Of a DNA stretch of 64,000 nucleotides, positions 47,147 through 59,573 are shown in pieces. Below the pieces are notes generated by a model. It ran no database searches and was not told the origin of the DNA. It saw nothing but the letters and a program-made list of their open reading frames with translations. This DNA is from an uncultured Candidatus Binatia bacterium (lineage in GTDB: Bacteria > Desulfobacterota > Binatia > UBA9968 > JAJDTQ01). The stretch covers positions 3,232,001-3,296,000 of the forward strand of contig OZ243916.1 of the NCBI GenBank assembly GCA_965213675.1, given 5' to 3'. The position numbers and the translations under genes are program-made. The first letter of the stretch is position 1; every line of letters begins with the position of its first letter.

Positions 47147-47301
47147 TGTCGTGTCCCGTAAATTCCTGCGACAAGTTGCGCAGGATTTGTTGTTGTCGGC
47201 GAGGCGCGATAACGGGCAGTGGCGGGCACCACGCGAGGAGGAGCTACGCAGCCCACGGGGACAAAACTGCACATTATCGCAGTAGTTTACGGGACACGAC
47301 A
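47147..47301 (-). mobile_element. 155-bp MITE copy (TIR subfamily B)
   Basis: TGTCGTGTCCCGTAAA...TTTACGGGACACGACA; flanks CTAG / CCAG; core reversed. Confidence 0.85.
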
Positions 47302-47506
47302 CCAGAAGCCGGCGCCGCAGGAATTCAGGGCTGCAAATCCGCTCTCATCCGTTCCTTCGGCCGCTCGATCTCGTCAAATATGACCTGATATTCTCCTCAA
47401 TCGACCGACCGAAGGGACGGCGATAGCGAATTTTCGCTTTCGCGAATTCCCGCGGCGCAGGCTCCCAGCTTCCTCACCCCGTGGAAATGTGTTAGCCCCC
47501 TCCTTC

Positions 47507-48349
47507 ATGTCGTTCCGTGTTGGTATGGCGCAGATCAACCCGAAATTGGGCGATATAGGGGCGAATATGGCCCTCTACGAGGCCCGGGTATGCGAGGCCG
47601 CGGCCGCTGGGGTCGATGTCCTCGTGTTCCCCGAGCTGAGTCTCACGGGCTATTTCCTGCGCGACATGGTGCCGGACGTGGCCGTCAGCCTGGAGAGCCC
47701 CGAGATGGAGCGCCTCCGGGCGCTTAGCCAGGAGGTTTCCCTGGTAGCGGGTCTCGTGCTGGAGAGTCCGGACCACCGCTTTTTCAACGCCGCGGTCTAT
47801 CTGGAAGACGGCGAGATCGGCCACGTGCACCGCAAGGTGTACCTGCCCACCTACGGCATGTTCGACGAGCAGCGTTACTTCGCCCGCGGCAATCGGTTGC
47901 GCGCCTTCGACACGCGCTACGGACGCCTTGCGCTGCTCGTGTGCGAGGACCTCTGGCATCCATCCACCGTCTACCTTGCGGCGCTGGACGGGGCGCTCTC
48001 CATCGTCTGTCCCTCTTCCAGCCCCCTGCGCGGGGTCACTGACGGGATGGACCAGGACGACAACGCGGCGTATTGGGAACTCGTCAACCGGTGCTACGCG
48101 GAGACCTACGGCCTCTTCCTGGTGCATGCCAACCGCGTGGGCTTCGAGGACGGCGTGGGCTTCTGGGGCGGCTCCGGCATCGTCGATCCCTTTGGCCGCA
48201 CGGTGTGCAAGGCCGACTACTACGACGAGGCGTTCGTGGTCGGGGAGGTGTCCCACGAGGCGGTACGGCGCAAGCGTACGCGCGCGCCTCTCATGCGCGA
48301 CGAGGACCTGGACCTGACGATCCGGGAACTGGAGCGTATCCGCCGTTAA
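47507..48349 (+). CDS. carbon-nitrogen hydrolase (nitrilase-fold glutaminase partner of NadE)
   Basis: VFPELSLTGY, HRKVYLPTYGMFDE.RYF, VCEDLWH triad; directly upstream of nadE. Confidence 0.9.
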   Translation: MSFRVGMAQINPKLGDIGANMALYEARVCEAAAAGVDVLVFPELSLTGYFLRDMVPDVAVSLESPEMERLRALSQEVSLVAGLVLESPDHRFFNAAVYLEDGEIGHVHRKVYLPTYGMFDEQRYFARGNRLRAFDTRYGRLALLVCEDLWHPSTVYLAALDGALSIVCPSSSPLRGVTDGMDQDDNAAYWELVNRCYAETYGLFLVHANRVGFEDGVGFWGGSGIVDPFGRTVCKADYYDEAFVVGEVSHEAVRRKRTRAPLMRDEDLDLTIRELERIRR

Positions 48350-48386
48350 TGCCGTGCCCGGCGAGACACCCACGGCCCTTACGCTT

Positions 48387-48480
48387 GTTTCCGCGGAACC
48401 GCCTGTGTCAAAAGTCCACCCTCGCAGGGAAATGACACAGACATTCCATGCCGTCATTCCTGCGGAAGCGGGGATCCAGG
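48387..48480. repeat. nested REP composite with GCCTGTGTCAAAA end
   Basis: TTCCGCGGAACC-GCCTGTGTCAAAA...GTCATTCCTGCGGAAGCGGGGATCCAGG. Confidence 0.7.
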
Positions 48481-48511
48481 AGTAGAGAGGGGCAGGATCG
48501 TAGACAAGCCC

Positions 48512-49327
48512 ATGATTCCCACCAATGTCTCCCTCTTGCGCCGCATTCTGGTGGCGTTCATTCGGAACGAGGTGCGCAAGGTCGGCCTCGAACGGGTGGT
48601 GGTGGGCCTTTCCGGTGGAGTGGACTCCAGCTTGAGCGCCATGCTGGCAGCGGAGGCGCTGGGCCCCGGCCAGGTGCTGGGCATCATGATGCCCTACCGC
48701 GCCTCCAGCGCCGAGAGCCTGGAGCATGCGCGCCTGGTGGCGGAGAAGAGCGGCATCCAATCGGCCACGGTGGAGATCACGCCGCAGATCGACGGCTACT
48801 TCGCCGCTTTCCCCGACGCGGATCCCAAGCGCCGGGGCAACAAGATGGCGCGGGAGCGCATGACCATCCTCTACGACCACTCGGCGCGCTGGAACGCGCT
48901 GGTGGCGGGCACCAGCAACAAGACGGAACTGCTCCTGGGCTACGGCACCCTTCACGGCGACATGGCATCGGCGCTGAACCCCTTGGGAGACCTTTACAAG
49001 ACCCAGGTGTGGGCGTTGAGCGAGGCGGTGGGCGTCCCCGGCGTCATCATCGCCAAGCAGCCCTCGGCGGACCTGTGGACCGGCCAGACCGACGAGGCCG
49101 AGCTGGGTTTCAGCTACCGCGAGGTGGACGAACTGCTCTACCTCATGGTGGACCAGCGTTACGGCCGCGCGGAGCTCATCGACGCCGGGTTTGCCGCGCC
49201 GTTCATCGACGACATCGCCCGGCGCATTCAGTCGTCGCAGTTCAAGCGCCGTCTCCCCGTCATCGCCAAAGTTTCCCACCGCACCATCGACCGCGACTTT
49301 CGCTACTCCCGGGACTGGGGCAAGTAA
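48512..49327 (+). CDS. nadE: NAD+ synthetase
   Basis: [52 protein letters not shown]. Confidence 0.95.
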   Translation: MIPTNVSLLRRILVAFIRNEVRKVGLERVVVGLSGGVDSSLSAMLAAEALGPGQVLGIMMPYRASSAESLEHARLVAEKSGIQSATVEITPQIDGYFAAFPDADPKRRGNKMARERMTILYDHSARWNALVAGTSNKTELLLGYGTLHGDMASALNPLGDLYKTQVWALSEAVGVPGVIIAKQPSADLWTGQTDEAELGFSYREVDELLYLMVDQRYGRAELIDAGFAAPFIDDIARRIQSSQFKRRLPVIAKVSHRTIDRDFRYSRDWGK

Positions 49328-49685
49328 CCCTCCCTCCATCACCCCCCGGCGATGCAGGAAAGGACCTTCGGAGTTCATGTCGCCGGAAGGCATGACTTGT
49401 GGGAGCGACCGGCCGGTCGCCCCCACGGGAGGTCGGCCGGTTACGCAGTGGCGGCGCGCGCCCCCGGAATCCTTGATAAATCCTTGATTCATGCGATCTT
49501 GGCTCGAACCGTCAGGATTCCCGGACTCGCCGGTCCAGGCGTAGCCTCGCGTGCTTCGAAGTCGAAGGACGTCATCCCGAAGGACTCCGTCGCGCGGAGC
49601 GGCAATGGATCAGAACCTGTTTGAAACGCGAGGCCGGCCGGCCTGGTTTCCCTCCCCCGCCTACGGCCGCAACGCGCGGCAAAGT

Positions 49686-49902
49686 TTGACATCGCGCGCG
49701 AAATCTGAAGAAATGTCACGACACGAGCGGAGCGGTGTTGGCGGCCACCATGGCGTCGGCGTGGTGGCCTTTTCGCGTTGTTCCGCCGTGTTTTTGTTGC
49801 GACTTTTTGTTGCGGCTCTTGTCGTAGCTACTGTCGTGATTTCTGTGTTTACGATGTTTGCAATGCGCGAGCGTGGAGCGCGGAACGCGCCGGAGAGAGC
49901 CC
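49686..49902 (+). promoter_or_regulatory. ilvE promoter/leader with T-rich, Val/Leu/Ile-codon-rich segment
   Basis: TTGACA at 49686-49691; anomalous T-rich stretch ~49770-49862. Confidence 0.45.
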
Positions 49903-50820
49903 ATGGCCGTGAGGAGCGAGAAGATCTGGGTCGATGGTGAGATGGTGAACTGGGACGACGCCAAGGTCCACGTCATGAGCCATGCGCTTCATTACGGCAC
50001 CGCGTACTTCGAGGGGATTCGCTGCTATGCCCTGGACGACGAGCGCTCGGCCGTCTTCCGTCTGGCCGAGCACCTGCGGCGGTTCCGCGACTCCGGGCAC
50101 ATCCTCGGCACGCCGCTGCCCTACAGCGTCGAGCAGATGACCGAGGCGGTGCTGGACGTGATCCGGGTGAACCGCCTGAAGGAGTGCTATATTCGCCCGC
50201 TGGCGTTCGTGGGCGACGGCGAGATGGGGCTGTACGCGCGCAACAACCCTGTGAGGGTGATCGTGGCGGCATGGGCCTGGGGGGCGTACCTGGGTGACGA
50301 GGGCCTCAAGCGCGGCATCCGCGCCAAGGTCTCTTCCTACACACGCCATCACGTCAACGTGATGATGACCAACAGCAAGGTCTCCGGCAACTACGTCAAC
50401 TCCGTGCTGGCCAAGCACGAGGTCAAGCTCGCGGGCTACGACGAAGCCATCATGCTCGACCCCGAGGGGTGCGTTTCCGAGGCCAGCGGCGAAAACCTGT
50501 TCATCGTGAAGGACGGGCAGCTCAGGACCGCGCCCGTGACCTCCATCCTTCCGGGCATCAACCGCGCCAGCGTCATCGAGCTGGCGCGCGCCAAGGGGTA
50601 CCAGGTGACCGAGGAACGTTTCGCCCGGGATGCCCTCTACATCGCCGACGAGGCGTTTCTCACGGGCACGGCCGCGGAGGTGACGCCCATCCGCGAGGTG
50701 GACGACCGCGCCATCGGCGAGGGCAAGCCGGGCCCCGTGACCCTGGACCTGCAACAGGCGTTCTTCGACGTCATTCGCGGCCGCAACGAAGGCCACCAGC
50801 ACTGGCTCACCCCCGTGTGA
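49903..50820 (+). CDS. ilvE: branched-chain amino acid aminotransferase
   Basis: HALHYGT..FEGIR, YIRP, KVSGNY.NS, GYDEA.ML, SGENLF, ILPGI.R, GTAAEVTP. Confidence 0.95.
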   Translation: MAVRSEKIWVDGEMVNWDDAKVHVMSHALHYGTAYFEGIRCYALDDERSAVFRLAEHLRRFRDSGHILGTPLPYSVEQMTEAVLDVIRVNRLKECYIRPLAFVGDGEMGLYARNNPVRVIVAAWAWGAYLGDEGLKRGIRAKVSSYTRHHVNVMMTNSKVSGNYVNSVLAKHEVKLAGYDEAIMLDPEGCVSEASGENLFIVKDGQLRTAPVTSILPGINRASVIELARAKGYQVTEERFARDALYIADEAFLTGTAAEVTPIREVDDRAIGEGKPGPVTLDLQQAFFDVIRGRNEGHQHWLTPV

Positions 50821-50961
50821 TGACCCCCGTGTGACCGGGGCTCTTGAGAGTTCACGTCCTTCGATTTCCTTCCGGTGGCGCGGAGCTACACTCGGGACGA
50901 ACAGCGGGAAGGGTTCCGCAACCCGTAGCCGTTCATCCTCAGCCCTGAAGAGGCTCCTGCG

Positions 50962-51678
50962 TCAACAACCCTCGTTCCAGCGTGGATCGGAATACCTGTG
51001 CGCCACCAGCGCGGCAATGGCCGCGCCCGGCGCTTCACCGTCTGGCGCGGCGTCCCAGGAGCGCCGCAACAGGTCCTTGATGCGGGCTGCGGGCACGCCC
51101 AGATTGGTGAGAAAGGCGCGGTGGGCGCGGCGGCCGCGGTAGGCGGGCGCCTTGGGTGGATACGGCAGCAATTCTTCCACTAGAGGGATCGGGAAATCCA
51201 GCAGGAAGGTGCCGTGAAACAGCAGGCAGCGGCGCCGCCGCCGTTGCGCGTTGCCCGAGAACTTGCGCTGTCCCACCGCGAGATCGGTGGCGCCTTGGCG
51301 CAGGATCGGCAGGCCGGTGGCTTCGGCCAGCGCGCGCCGGTGGCGGTCCATGACGAACGCATTGGTGGAATCGATGCGTTCCAGCAGGCCGTTTCCCGCG
51401 ATGCGCAGCACCAGAGTGTAGCTCAGGCAGCCCGGCCCCTGGACCACGGCGCCGCCGCCGCTGCAGCGCCGCAGGACCGGGATGCCGCGGCTTTCGCACG
51501 CGGCGAGGTGGACTTCCCGCTCGCGCCGGCTGGCTACGCCCAGCACCACGAACGGCCGGGGCGATTCCCAGAACCGGAGCACTTCCCGGTCCGGGCACGC
51601 CTCGCATGCGTCCAGCAACGCCTCGTCGCACGCCAGGTTTTCCGCGGGCGTCGGAAGGGTCAGATCCAGGCACTTCAT
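50962..51678 (-). CDS. lplA: lipoate-protein ligase A family (catalytic domain only)
   Basis: ENLACDEALL, LRFWE, RRCSGGGAV..GPG, KFSGNAQ, HGTFL. Confidence 0.85.
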   Translation of the reverse strand: MKCLDLTLPTPAENLACDEALLDACEACPDREVLRFWESPRPFVVLGVASRREREVHLAACESRGIPVLRRCSGGGAVVQGPGCLSYTLVLRIAGNGLLERIDSTNAFVMDRHRRALAEATGLPILRQGATDLAVGQRKFSGNAQRRRRRCLLFHGTFLLDFPIPLVEELLPYPPKAPAYRGRRAHRAFLTNLGVPAARIKDLLRRSWDAAPDGEAPGAAIAALVAHRYSDPRWNEGC

Positions 51679-51752
51679 GACGAGTTTCCGGTTCGGGCGG
51701 CGCGTGGCCGGGAGCCGGTCCCGGAACCCCCGGATACCCGTGCCACAAGGGG

Positions 51753-51782
51753 TTGACACACGCGGGCGGGGCTGAATATGTT
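51753..51782 (+). promoter_or_regulatory. sigma70-like promoter of aceE
   Basis: TTGACA-N18-TATGTT. Confidence 0.45.
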
Positions 51783-51837
51783 GCCCTCGCACGCACGGAG
51801 TCCGCGGCCGCCCTTACAACATACACCGCTCACGACC

Positions 51838-54573
<2,736 letters not shown>

Positions 54574-54730
54574 TGTCGTGTGCCGTAAACTCCTGCGATA
54601 ATTTGCGGGTCTATTTCGCCGTCGGCTGCGTGGCCCTTCCCAGCGTGGTGCCCGCCACTGCTCGTCATCGCGCCTTGCCGACAACAACAACTCCTGCGCA
54701 ACTTGTCGCAGGAATTTACGGAACACGATA
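54574..54730 (+). mobile_element. 157-bp MITE copy (TIR subfamily B) at the aceE stop codon
   Basis: CTAG (includes the aceE TAG) then TGTCGTGTGCCGTAAA...TTTACGGAACACGATA then CCAG; conserved core. Confidence 0.85.
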
Positions 54731-54885
54731 CCAGCCTTGCGTTTGGGACATACGTTGACGAATCTGTTTGTCATTCTTGTTGCCGTCGGCCGCGTACCCG
54801 CCATGGGGCGACCGCCGGTCGCCCGTACAAGGCCGCAGGCCGCCCGCACCAGTCATCGCGCGTTGCCGGCGCCATCCAGAGCTAT

Positions 54886-56175
54886 ATGGACGTAACGCTT
54901 CCCAAACTGGCCGAAGGGGCGGATTCCGGCACCGTGGTCGATATCCTGGTCGCGGAAGGCGAGCAGGTTCAGGTGGACCAGACGCTGCTGGAGCTCGAGA
55001 ACGAAAAGGCGGTGGCCCCCATCCCGTCCACGTCTGCGGGCACGGTGGCCCGGGTCCACGTCGAGGTGGGCCAGGTCGTGTCGGTGGGCCAGGTGCTGGT
55101 GACCATCGAGGAGGAGGCCGGGGCAACGCCTCAGGAGCCGTCCGTGCCGCCGGAGGCCCCCGCGGAAGTTCCGGCTCCAGCGCCGGCCGCCCGCGTGGCG
55201 GCTCCGGACGCGCCCCAGGCCGGCGTGTCTGCTTCCAGCAGCGACGCGCCGCCGCCGGCCTCGCCCGCGATACGCAAGATGGCGCGGGAGTTGGGCATCG
55301 ATCTCGCGCGGGTGAAGGGCAGCCAGCGCGGCGGTCGCATCGTCATGGCAGACGTCCGCGCCTACATCCAGGGGCTTCAGGGAATGGCCTTCAAGGGCGC
55401 CGCGCCTGTTGCCGCGCCCGAAGTCAACCCCGAAGTCAATGCCTTGCAGACCCTGGACCTGACCCGGTGGGGACCGAGCAGGCGCGAACGCATGTCGCCG
55501 CTGCGGCGCACCATCGCGCAACGCATGACCGAGTCCTGGACCACGGTCCCGCACGTCACCCAGTTCGACGACGCGGACATCACCGATCTCTGGGAGCTGC
55601 GCAAACGGCACGCGCCTGCCTACGAGAAGGCGGGCGCCCGGCTGACCCTGACCTCCTTCGCCATCAAGGCCGCGGTTTCCGCGCTGGGGAAGTATCCGGC
55701 CTTCATGACCAGCATCGACTACCAGGCGCTGGAAATCGTCACGCGGGACTACGTCCACATCGGCGTGGCGGTGGACACCGAGGCGGGTCTCATCGCGCCG
55801 GTGATCCGCGACGTGGACAAGAAGAACCTGCTGGAGCTGTCCAGGGAACTCGACGAGCTGGCCGAAAGGACCCGGCAACGCAGGCTGTCGGCGGACGAGA
55901 TGCAGGGAGCGACGTTCACCATCTCGAATCTCGGAAGCATCGGCGGTTCCCACTTCACCCCCATCGTCAACAGCCCGCAGGTGGCGGTGCTGGGAATGGG
56001 ACGGGGCGCACTTCGCCCGGTGGTGTGGAAGAAGAAGGTGACCCCGCGGCTGGTGCTGCCGCTGGCGCTCTCCTACGACCACCGGGCCATCGACGGCGCG
56101 GACGGCGCGCGTTTCCTGCGCGAGATCGTGCGCTGCCTGGAAGAATACGCCGAAGAGGACATCAAGCCGGATTAG
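54886..56175 (+). CDS. aceF: dihydrolipoamide acetyltransferase E2 (single lipoyl domain)
   Basis: LENEKA lipoyl-Lys motif, ASPAIRKMARELGIDL, TISNLG, SYDHRAIDGA. Confidence 0.95.
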   Translation: MDVTLPKLAEGADSGTVVDILVAEGEQVQVDQTLLELENEKAVAPIPSTSAGTVARVHVEVGQVVSVGQVLVTIEEEAGATPQEPSVPPEAPAEVPAPAPAARVAAPDAPQAGVSASSSDAPPPASPAIRKMARELGIDLARVKGSQRGGRIVMADVRAYIQGLQGMAFKGAAPVAAPEVNPEVNALQTLDLTRWGPSRRERMSPLRRTIAQRMTESWTTVPHVTQFDDADITDLWELRKRHAPAYEKAGARLTLTSFAIKAAVSALGKYPAFMTSIDYQALEIVTRDYVHIGVAVDTEAGLIAPVIRDVDKKNLLELSRELDELAERTRQRRLSADEMQGATFTISNLGSIGGSHFTPIVNSPQVAVLGMGRGALRPVVWKKKVTPRLVLPLALSYDHRAIDGADGARFLREIVRCLEEYAEEDIKPD

Positions 56176-56207
56176 GAGTCTGTCAAAGGACATTGTTTAG
56201 GAGACCC

Positions 56208-57674
56208 GTGGAACCCATCCAAACGGAAATCGTCGTCGTGGGGGCCGGCCCGGGAGGTTATGCCGCGGCATTCTACGCGGCCGACCTGGGCAAGAAGGTG
56301 CTGTTGGTGGAACGGGACGAGCGCCTGGGCGGCGTGTGTCTCAATCGCGGCTGCATCCCATCCAAGGCGCTGCTGCATGCCACGCACGTCATCGACGAGG
56401 CGGTGCTTTCGGCGGTGCGCGGCGTGTCCTTCGGCAAGCCCAAGGTCAAGCTGGACAAGCTGCGGGAGTGGAAGGAGTCCGTCATCGGCAAGCTGGCCCA
56501 GGGGCTGGATGGCCTGTGCGCCCGTCGCGGAGTCCAGCGCCTTCACGGCCGCGGCCATTTCGAGGACTCCCGCACCCTGCGGGTGGAGACCGCCGAGGGA
56601 CAGCAGTTCATCAACTACGACAAGGCCATCATCGCGGTGGGCTCCAGGCCCGCCATGCCGGCCGCCTTCGACCTGGGAAACCGCAGGATCATGACCTCCA
56701 CCGAGGCGCTGGAAATCGAGGACGTGCCAGACCGTCTGCTGGTGGTGGGCGGCGGCTACATCGGCATGGAATTGGGGACGGTGTATGCCCGGCTGGGGAG
56801 CGAGATCGTCATGGTGGAGGCGCTGGACCATCTGCTGTCCGGCGTCGACCCCGACCTCGTGCGTCCCGTGGCCAAGGTTGCCGGGTCGCTGTTCAAGGAA
56901 ATCCGTCTCAAGACCAAGGTGCTGCGCATGGCCACCAGCGGCAGGAAGATCAAGGTGGCCATGGAGGTCAACGGCAACGCCCGCGAGGAGACCTACGACC
57001 GGGTGCTCGTCAGCGTCGGCCGCACCCCGAGCTATGAGGACCTGGGCCTCGACAACACTGGAGTGAGGATCGGGGCCAACGGCTTCATCGAGTGCAACGA
57101 TGAGCAACGGACCGGCGACCCGGCCATCTACGCCGTCGGCGACGCCAACGGCGGCGCCTTGCTGGCGCATCGCGCCACCAAGGAGGCGCGGGTGGCGGTG
57201 GAGGTCATCACCGGCGAGTCGAGCACCATCGCGGACGTGGTCATCCCGGCGGTGGTGTTCACGGAGCCGGAGGTGGCCTGGTGCGGCCTGACGGAACGGG
57301 AAGCCAAGGCGAAGGACGTCCCGGTGGACGTCGTCAAGTTCCCCTGGGGCGCTTCCGGGCGGGCGCTCACCCTGGATCGCCCCGAGGGACTCACCAAGCT
57401 GGTGCTCGAACGCGAGACGGAGCGCATCCTCGGAGTGGGCATCACCGGCGCTGGAGCCGGCGAGTTGATTGGCGAGGGCGTGCTCGCCATCGAGATGGGC
57501 GCCACCGCCAGGGACCTGGCGGAGTCGGTGCATCCGCATCCCACCCTGTCGGAGACCCTGACCGAGTGCGCCGAAGCGTTCTACGGTACCTCCACCCACA
57601 CCCCCCCGCGGAAGCGCGCCCGAACCGCCGCGGCAGGTGGCCGGCAATCGGCCTCGCAACCCCCTCGCGCTTGA
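56208..57674 (+). CDS. lpdA: dihydrolipoamide dehydrogenase E3
   Basis: VVGAGPGGY, GGVCLNRGCIPSK, GGGYIGME, HPHPTLSE; GTG start with AGGAG RBS. Confidence 0.97.
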   Translation: MEPIQTEIVVVGAGPGGYAAAFYAADLGKKVLLVERDERLGGVCLNRGCIPSKALLHATHVIDEAVLSAVRGVSFGKPKVKLDKLREWKESVIGKLAQGLDGLCARRGVQRLHGRGHFEDSRTLRVETAEGQQFINYDKAIIAVGSRPAMPAAFDLGNRRIMTSTEALEIEDVPDRLLVVGGGYIGMELGTVYARLGSEIVMVEALDHLLSGVDPDLVRPVAKVAGSLFKEIRLKTKVLRMATSGRKIKVAMEVNGNAREETYDRVLVSVGRTPSYEDLGLDNTGVRIGANGFIECNDEQRTGDPAIYAVGDANGGALLAHRATKEARVAVEVITGESSTIADVVIPAVVFTEPEVAWCGLTEREAKAKDVPVDVVKFPWGASGRALTLDRPEGLTKLVLERETERILGVGITGAGAGELIGEGVLAIEMGATARDLAESVHPHPTLSETLTECAEAFYGTSTHTPPRKRARTAAAGGRQSASQPPRA

Positions 57675-57863
57675 CTTGAAAAACGTGATTTGTTACCGAA
57701 TTCTGAGTGACTCGCGGCGGTAGAGTCATCGGAAGTGGCCGTCGCCGAACACCATTGCGTCACGGCTGCCGCGTTCCCGGTATTGGATGAATCAGGACAA
57801 GAATTGGACAAATACAGAACCCGGCAGGACGCACCCCGGACCAGCATTCCCAGGAGGAAGTGA

Positions 57864-58127
57864 ATGACCTACGTGATTGCAGAGCCTTGTGTCGACACCA
57901 AGGATACCGCCTGTGTCGATGTTTGCCCTGTGGATTGCATTCATCCAACCAAGAACGATCCCGAGGTGTTCGAAAAGGAGAACATGCTCTACATCGATCC
58001 CGAGGAATGCATCGACTGCGGCGCTTGTGAGCCCGTTTGTCCGGTGGAGGCCATCTTCGAGGAGGCCGCGCTGCCGGAGAAGTGGCAGGAGTACACGCAG
58101 ATCAACGCCGACTGGTTCCAGAAGTAG
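57864..58127 (+). CDS. fdxA: 7Fe-type ferredoxin (FdxA-like)
   Basis: MTYVIAEPC...[29 protein letters not shown]. Confidence 0.9.
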   Translation: MTYVIAEPCVDTKDTACVDVCPVDCIHPTKNDPEVFEKENMLYIDPEECIDCGACEPVCPVEAIFEEAALPEKWQEYTQINADWFQK

Positions 58128-58448
58128 CCGCGGCTGCCGCTCCGCGCGCGCCCTCGGGGCCGGCGTCCAGGCCGGCCGCCGCGACGCTCGTACTTGGTGT
58201 CGTACCTGTCATCCCCACCTCTCGTAGCTGTTCTTCCAGTACCTGTTCTTGTTCTGTCCCAGTTCCGGTGCTTCTCCACGATTCTCTTTCCTGCCTGCCC
58301 GTCCCCGTCCGTCTCCCGGCTCGAACCAAGACTATCCCACGCTGCCGCTTCGCACCGAAGGCGGAGGTTGGGACGGCGATCTTCCGGCGGAGCGAGGCTT
58401 CGTGAGCACAGGAACGAAGGCCTTCCGGCCATCGACGGGGAGGCTCGG

Positions 58449-59105
58449 TCAGTGTGGGATGGCCCTGACCCGAACCACTTCGTCATAGCCGAACGTGCGG
58501 CGGAAGCTCCCGGCCAGGAGGTCCTTGACGTTATCCATCGGCACGGTCCGTTGCGTCTCCCGCTCTATGGAGGTCACGTCCGCCCAATCCAGGCCGCAGG
58601 GGACGATCCTGCGGAAGTAGTCCAGATCCGGCGCCACGTTGAGTGCGGCGCCGTGATACGTGACGCCCCTCCTGACGGCAATGCCGATGGCGCAGATCTT
58701 GCGCGTGTCGATCCACACGCCGGTCCACGGCGCCCGGCGCCCGGCGTTCAGGCCGAGGGACGCCAGGACGTCGATGATCGCCTGTTCGAGTCCGGCCAGA
58801 TAGCGATGTACGGCGCGGCGCAATTTCGACTCGAGGTCGATGATGGGATAGACCACGAGCTGTCCCGGCCCGTGGTAGGTTACGTCGCCGCCGCGGCTCG
58901 TGGCGAGCACGGGAACCTCGCCGGCATCGAGGATGTGCGCCCGCGCGTCGCGCCTGCCGGTGGTGAAGACATGCGGATGTTCCACCAGGATGAGGCAGTC
59001 TTCGGCGCCCGCGCCGATCTTGCGTTGGAGAACCCGGTTTTGAACGGCCAGCGCGGCCTCGTATTCGAGGCGCCGCAGGTCGAGGACGTGAAGCGTTTTG
59101 GACAT
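58449..59105 (-). CDS. lipB: lipoyl(octanoyl) transferase
   Basis: EHP.VFT.G, RGGDVTYHGPGQLVVYPI, KICAIG, HG.ALNV, IVPCG. Confidence 0.95.
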   Translation of the reverse strand: MSKTLHVLDLRRLEYEAALAVQNRVLQRKIGAGAEDCLILVEHPHVFTTGRRDARAHILDAGEVPVLATSRGGDVTYHGPGQLVVYPIIDLESKLRRAVHRYLAGLEQAIIDVLASLGLNAGRRAPWTGVWIDTRKICAIGIAVRRGVTYHGAALNVAPDLDYFRRIVPCGLDWADVTSIERETQRTVPMDNVKDLLAGSFRRTFGYDEVVRVRAIPH

Positions 59106-59211
59106 CTTCCAGGATCGGCGCACTGGACGTGTTCCCCGTTGGCGCCGTTCCCTCACGCATAACACATCGTCAGGGCGAACAAACCCCGGTGTTGCCTGAG
59201 TTGGCAGCCAG

Positions 59212-59368
59212 TGTGGTGTCTGGTTAATACGCGTCATAATCTGCGGAGGATATTTAGTTGTCGGCAAGGCGCGATGACGAGCAGTGGCGTGTACCACGCG
59301 AGGAAGAGCAACGCAGCCGACGGCGAAAAAAACCCGCAGATTATGACGCGAATTAACCAGACACCACA
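59212..59368 (-). mobile_element. 157-bp MITE copy (TIR subfamily A, reverse orientation)
   Basis: Same TIR as 14972-15128; flanks CCAG / CTAG. Confidence 0.9.
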
Positions 59369-59573
59369 CTAGGAGATGTCCGGAAGGCAAGCAGGATGGG
59401 GCTTGTCCTGGCACGGTCTCGGGTGGCTTGTTCTTGACTACCGGACCACGCCGCATTATGAATCGAGACGCATCCGGGCCTGGATCATGGAAAGGCAACG
59501 CCTTCCGAGTCATCCACATCCACCGCGGGGCAGGGGGAGTGTCGCCATGGCGGTTCGCGGCAGAAAGACGGAC

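Noticed and set aside
50809-50834. 12-bp direct repeat ACCCCCGTGTGA at the ilvE stop
   Set aside because: Short local duplication with no supporting context.
54768-56207. 968-aa ORF suggesting a large N-terminal extension of LpdA
   Set aside because: Off-frame overlap with aceF; the real start is GTG 56208 with an RBS.
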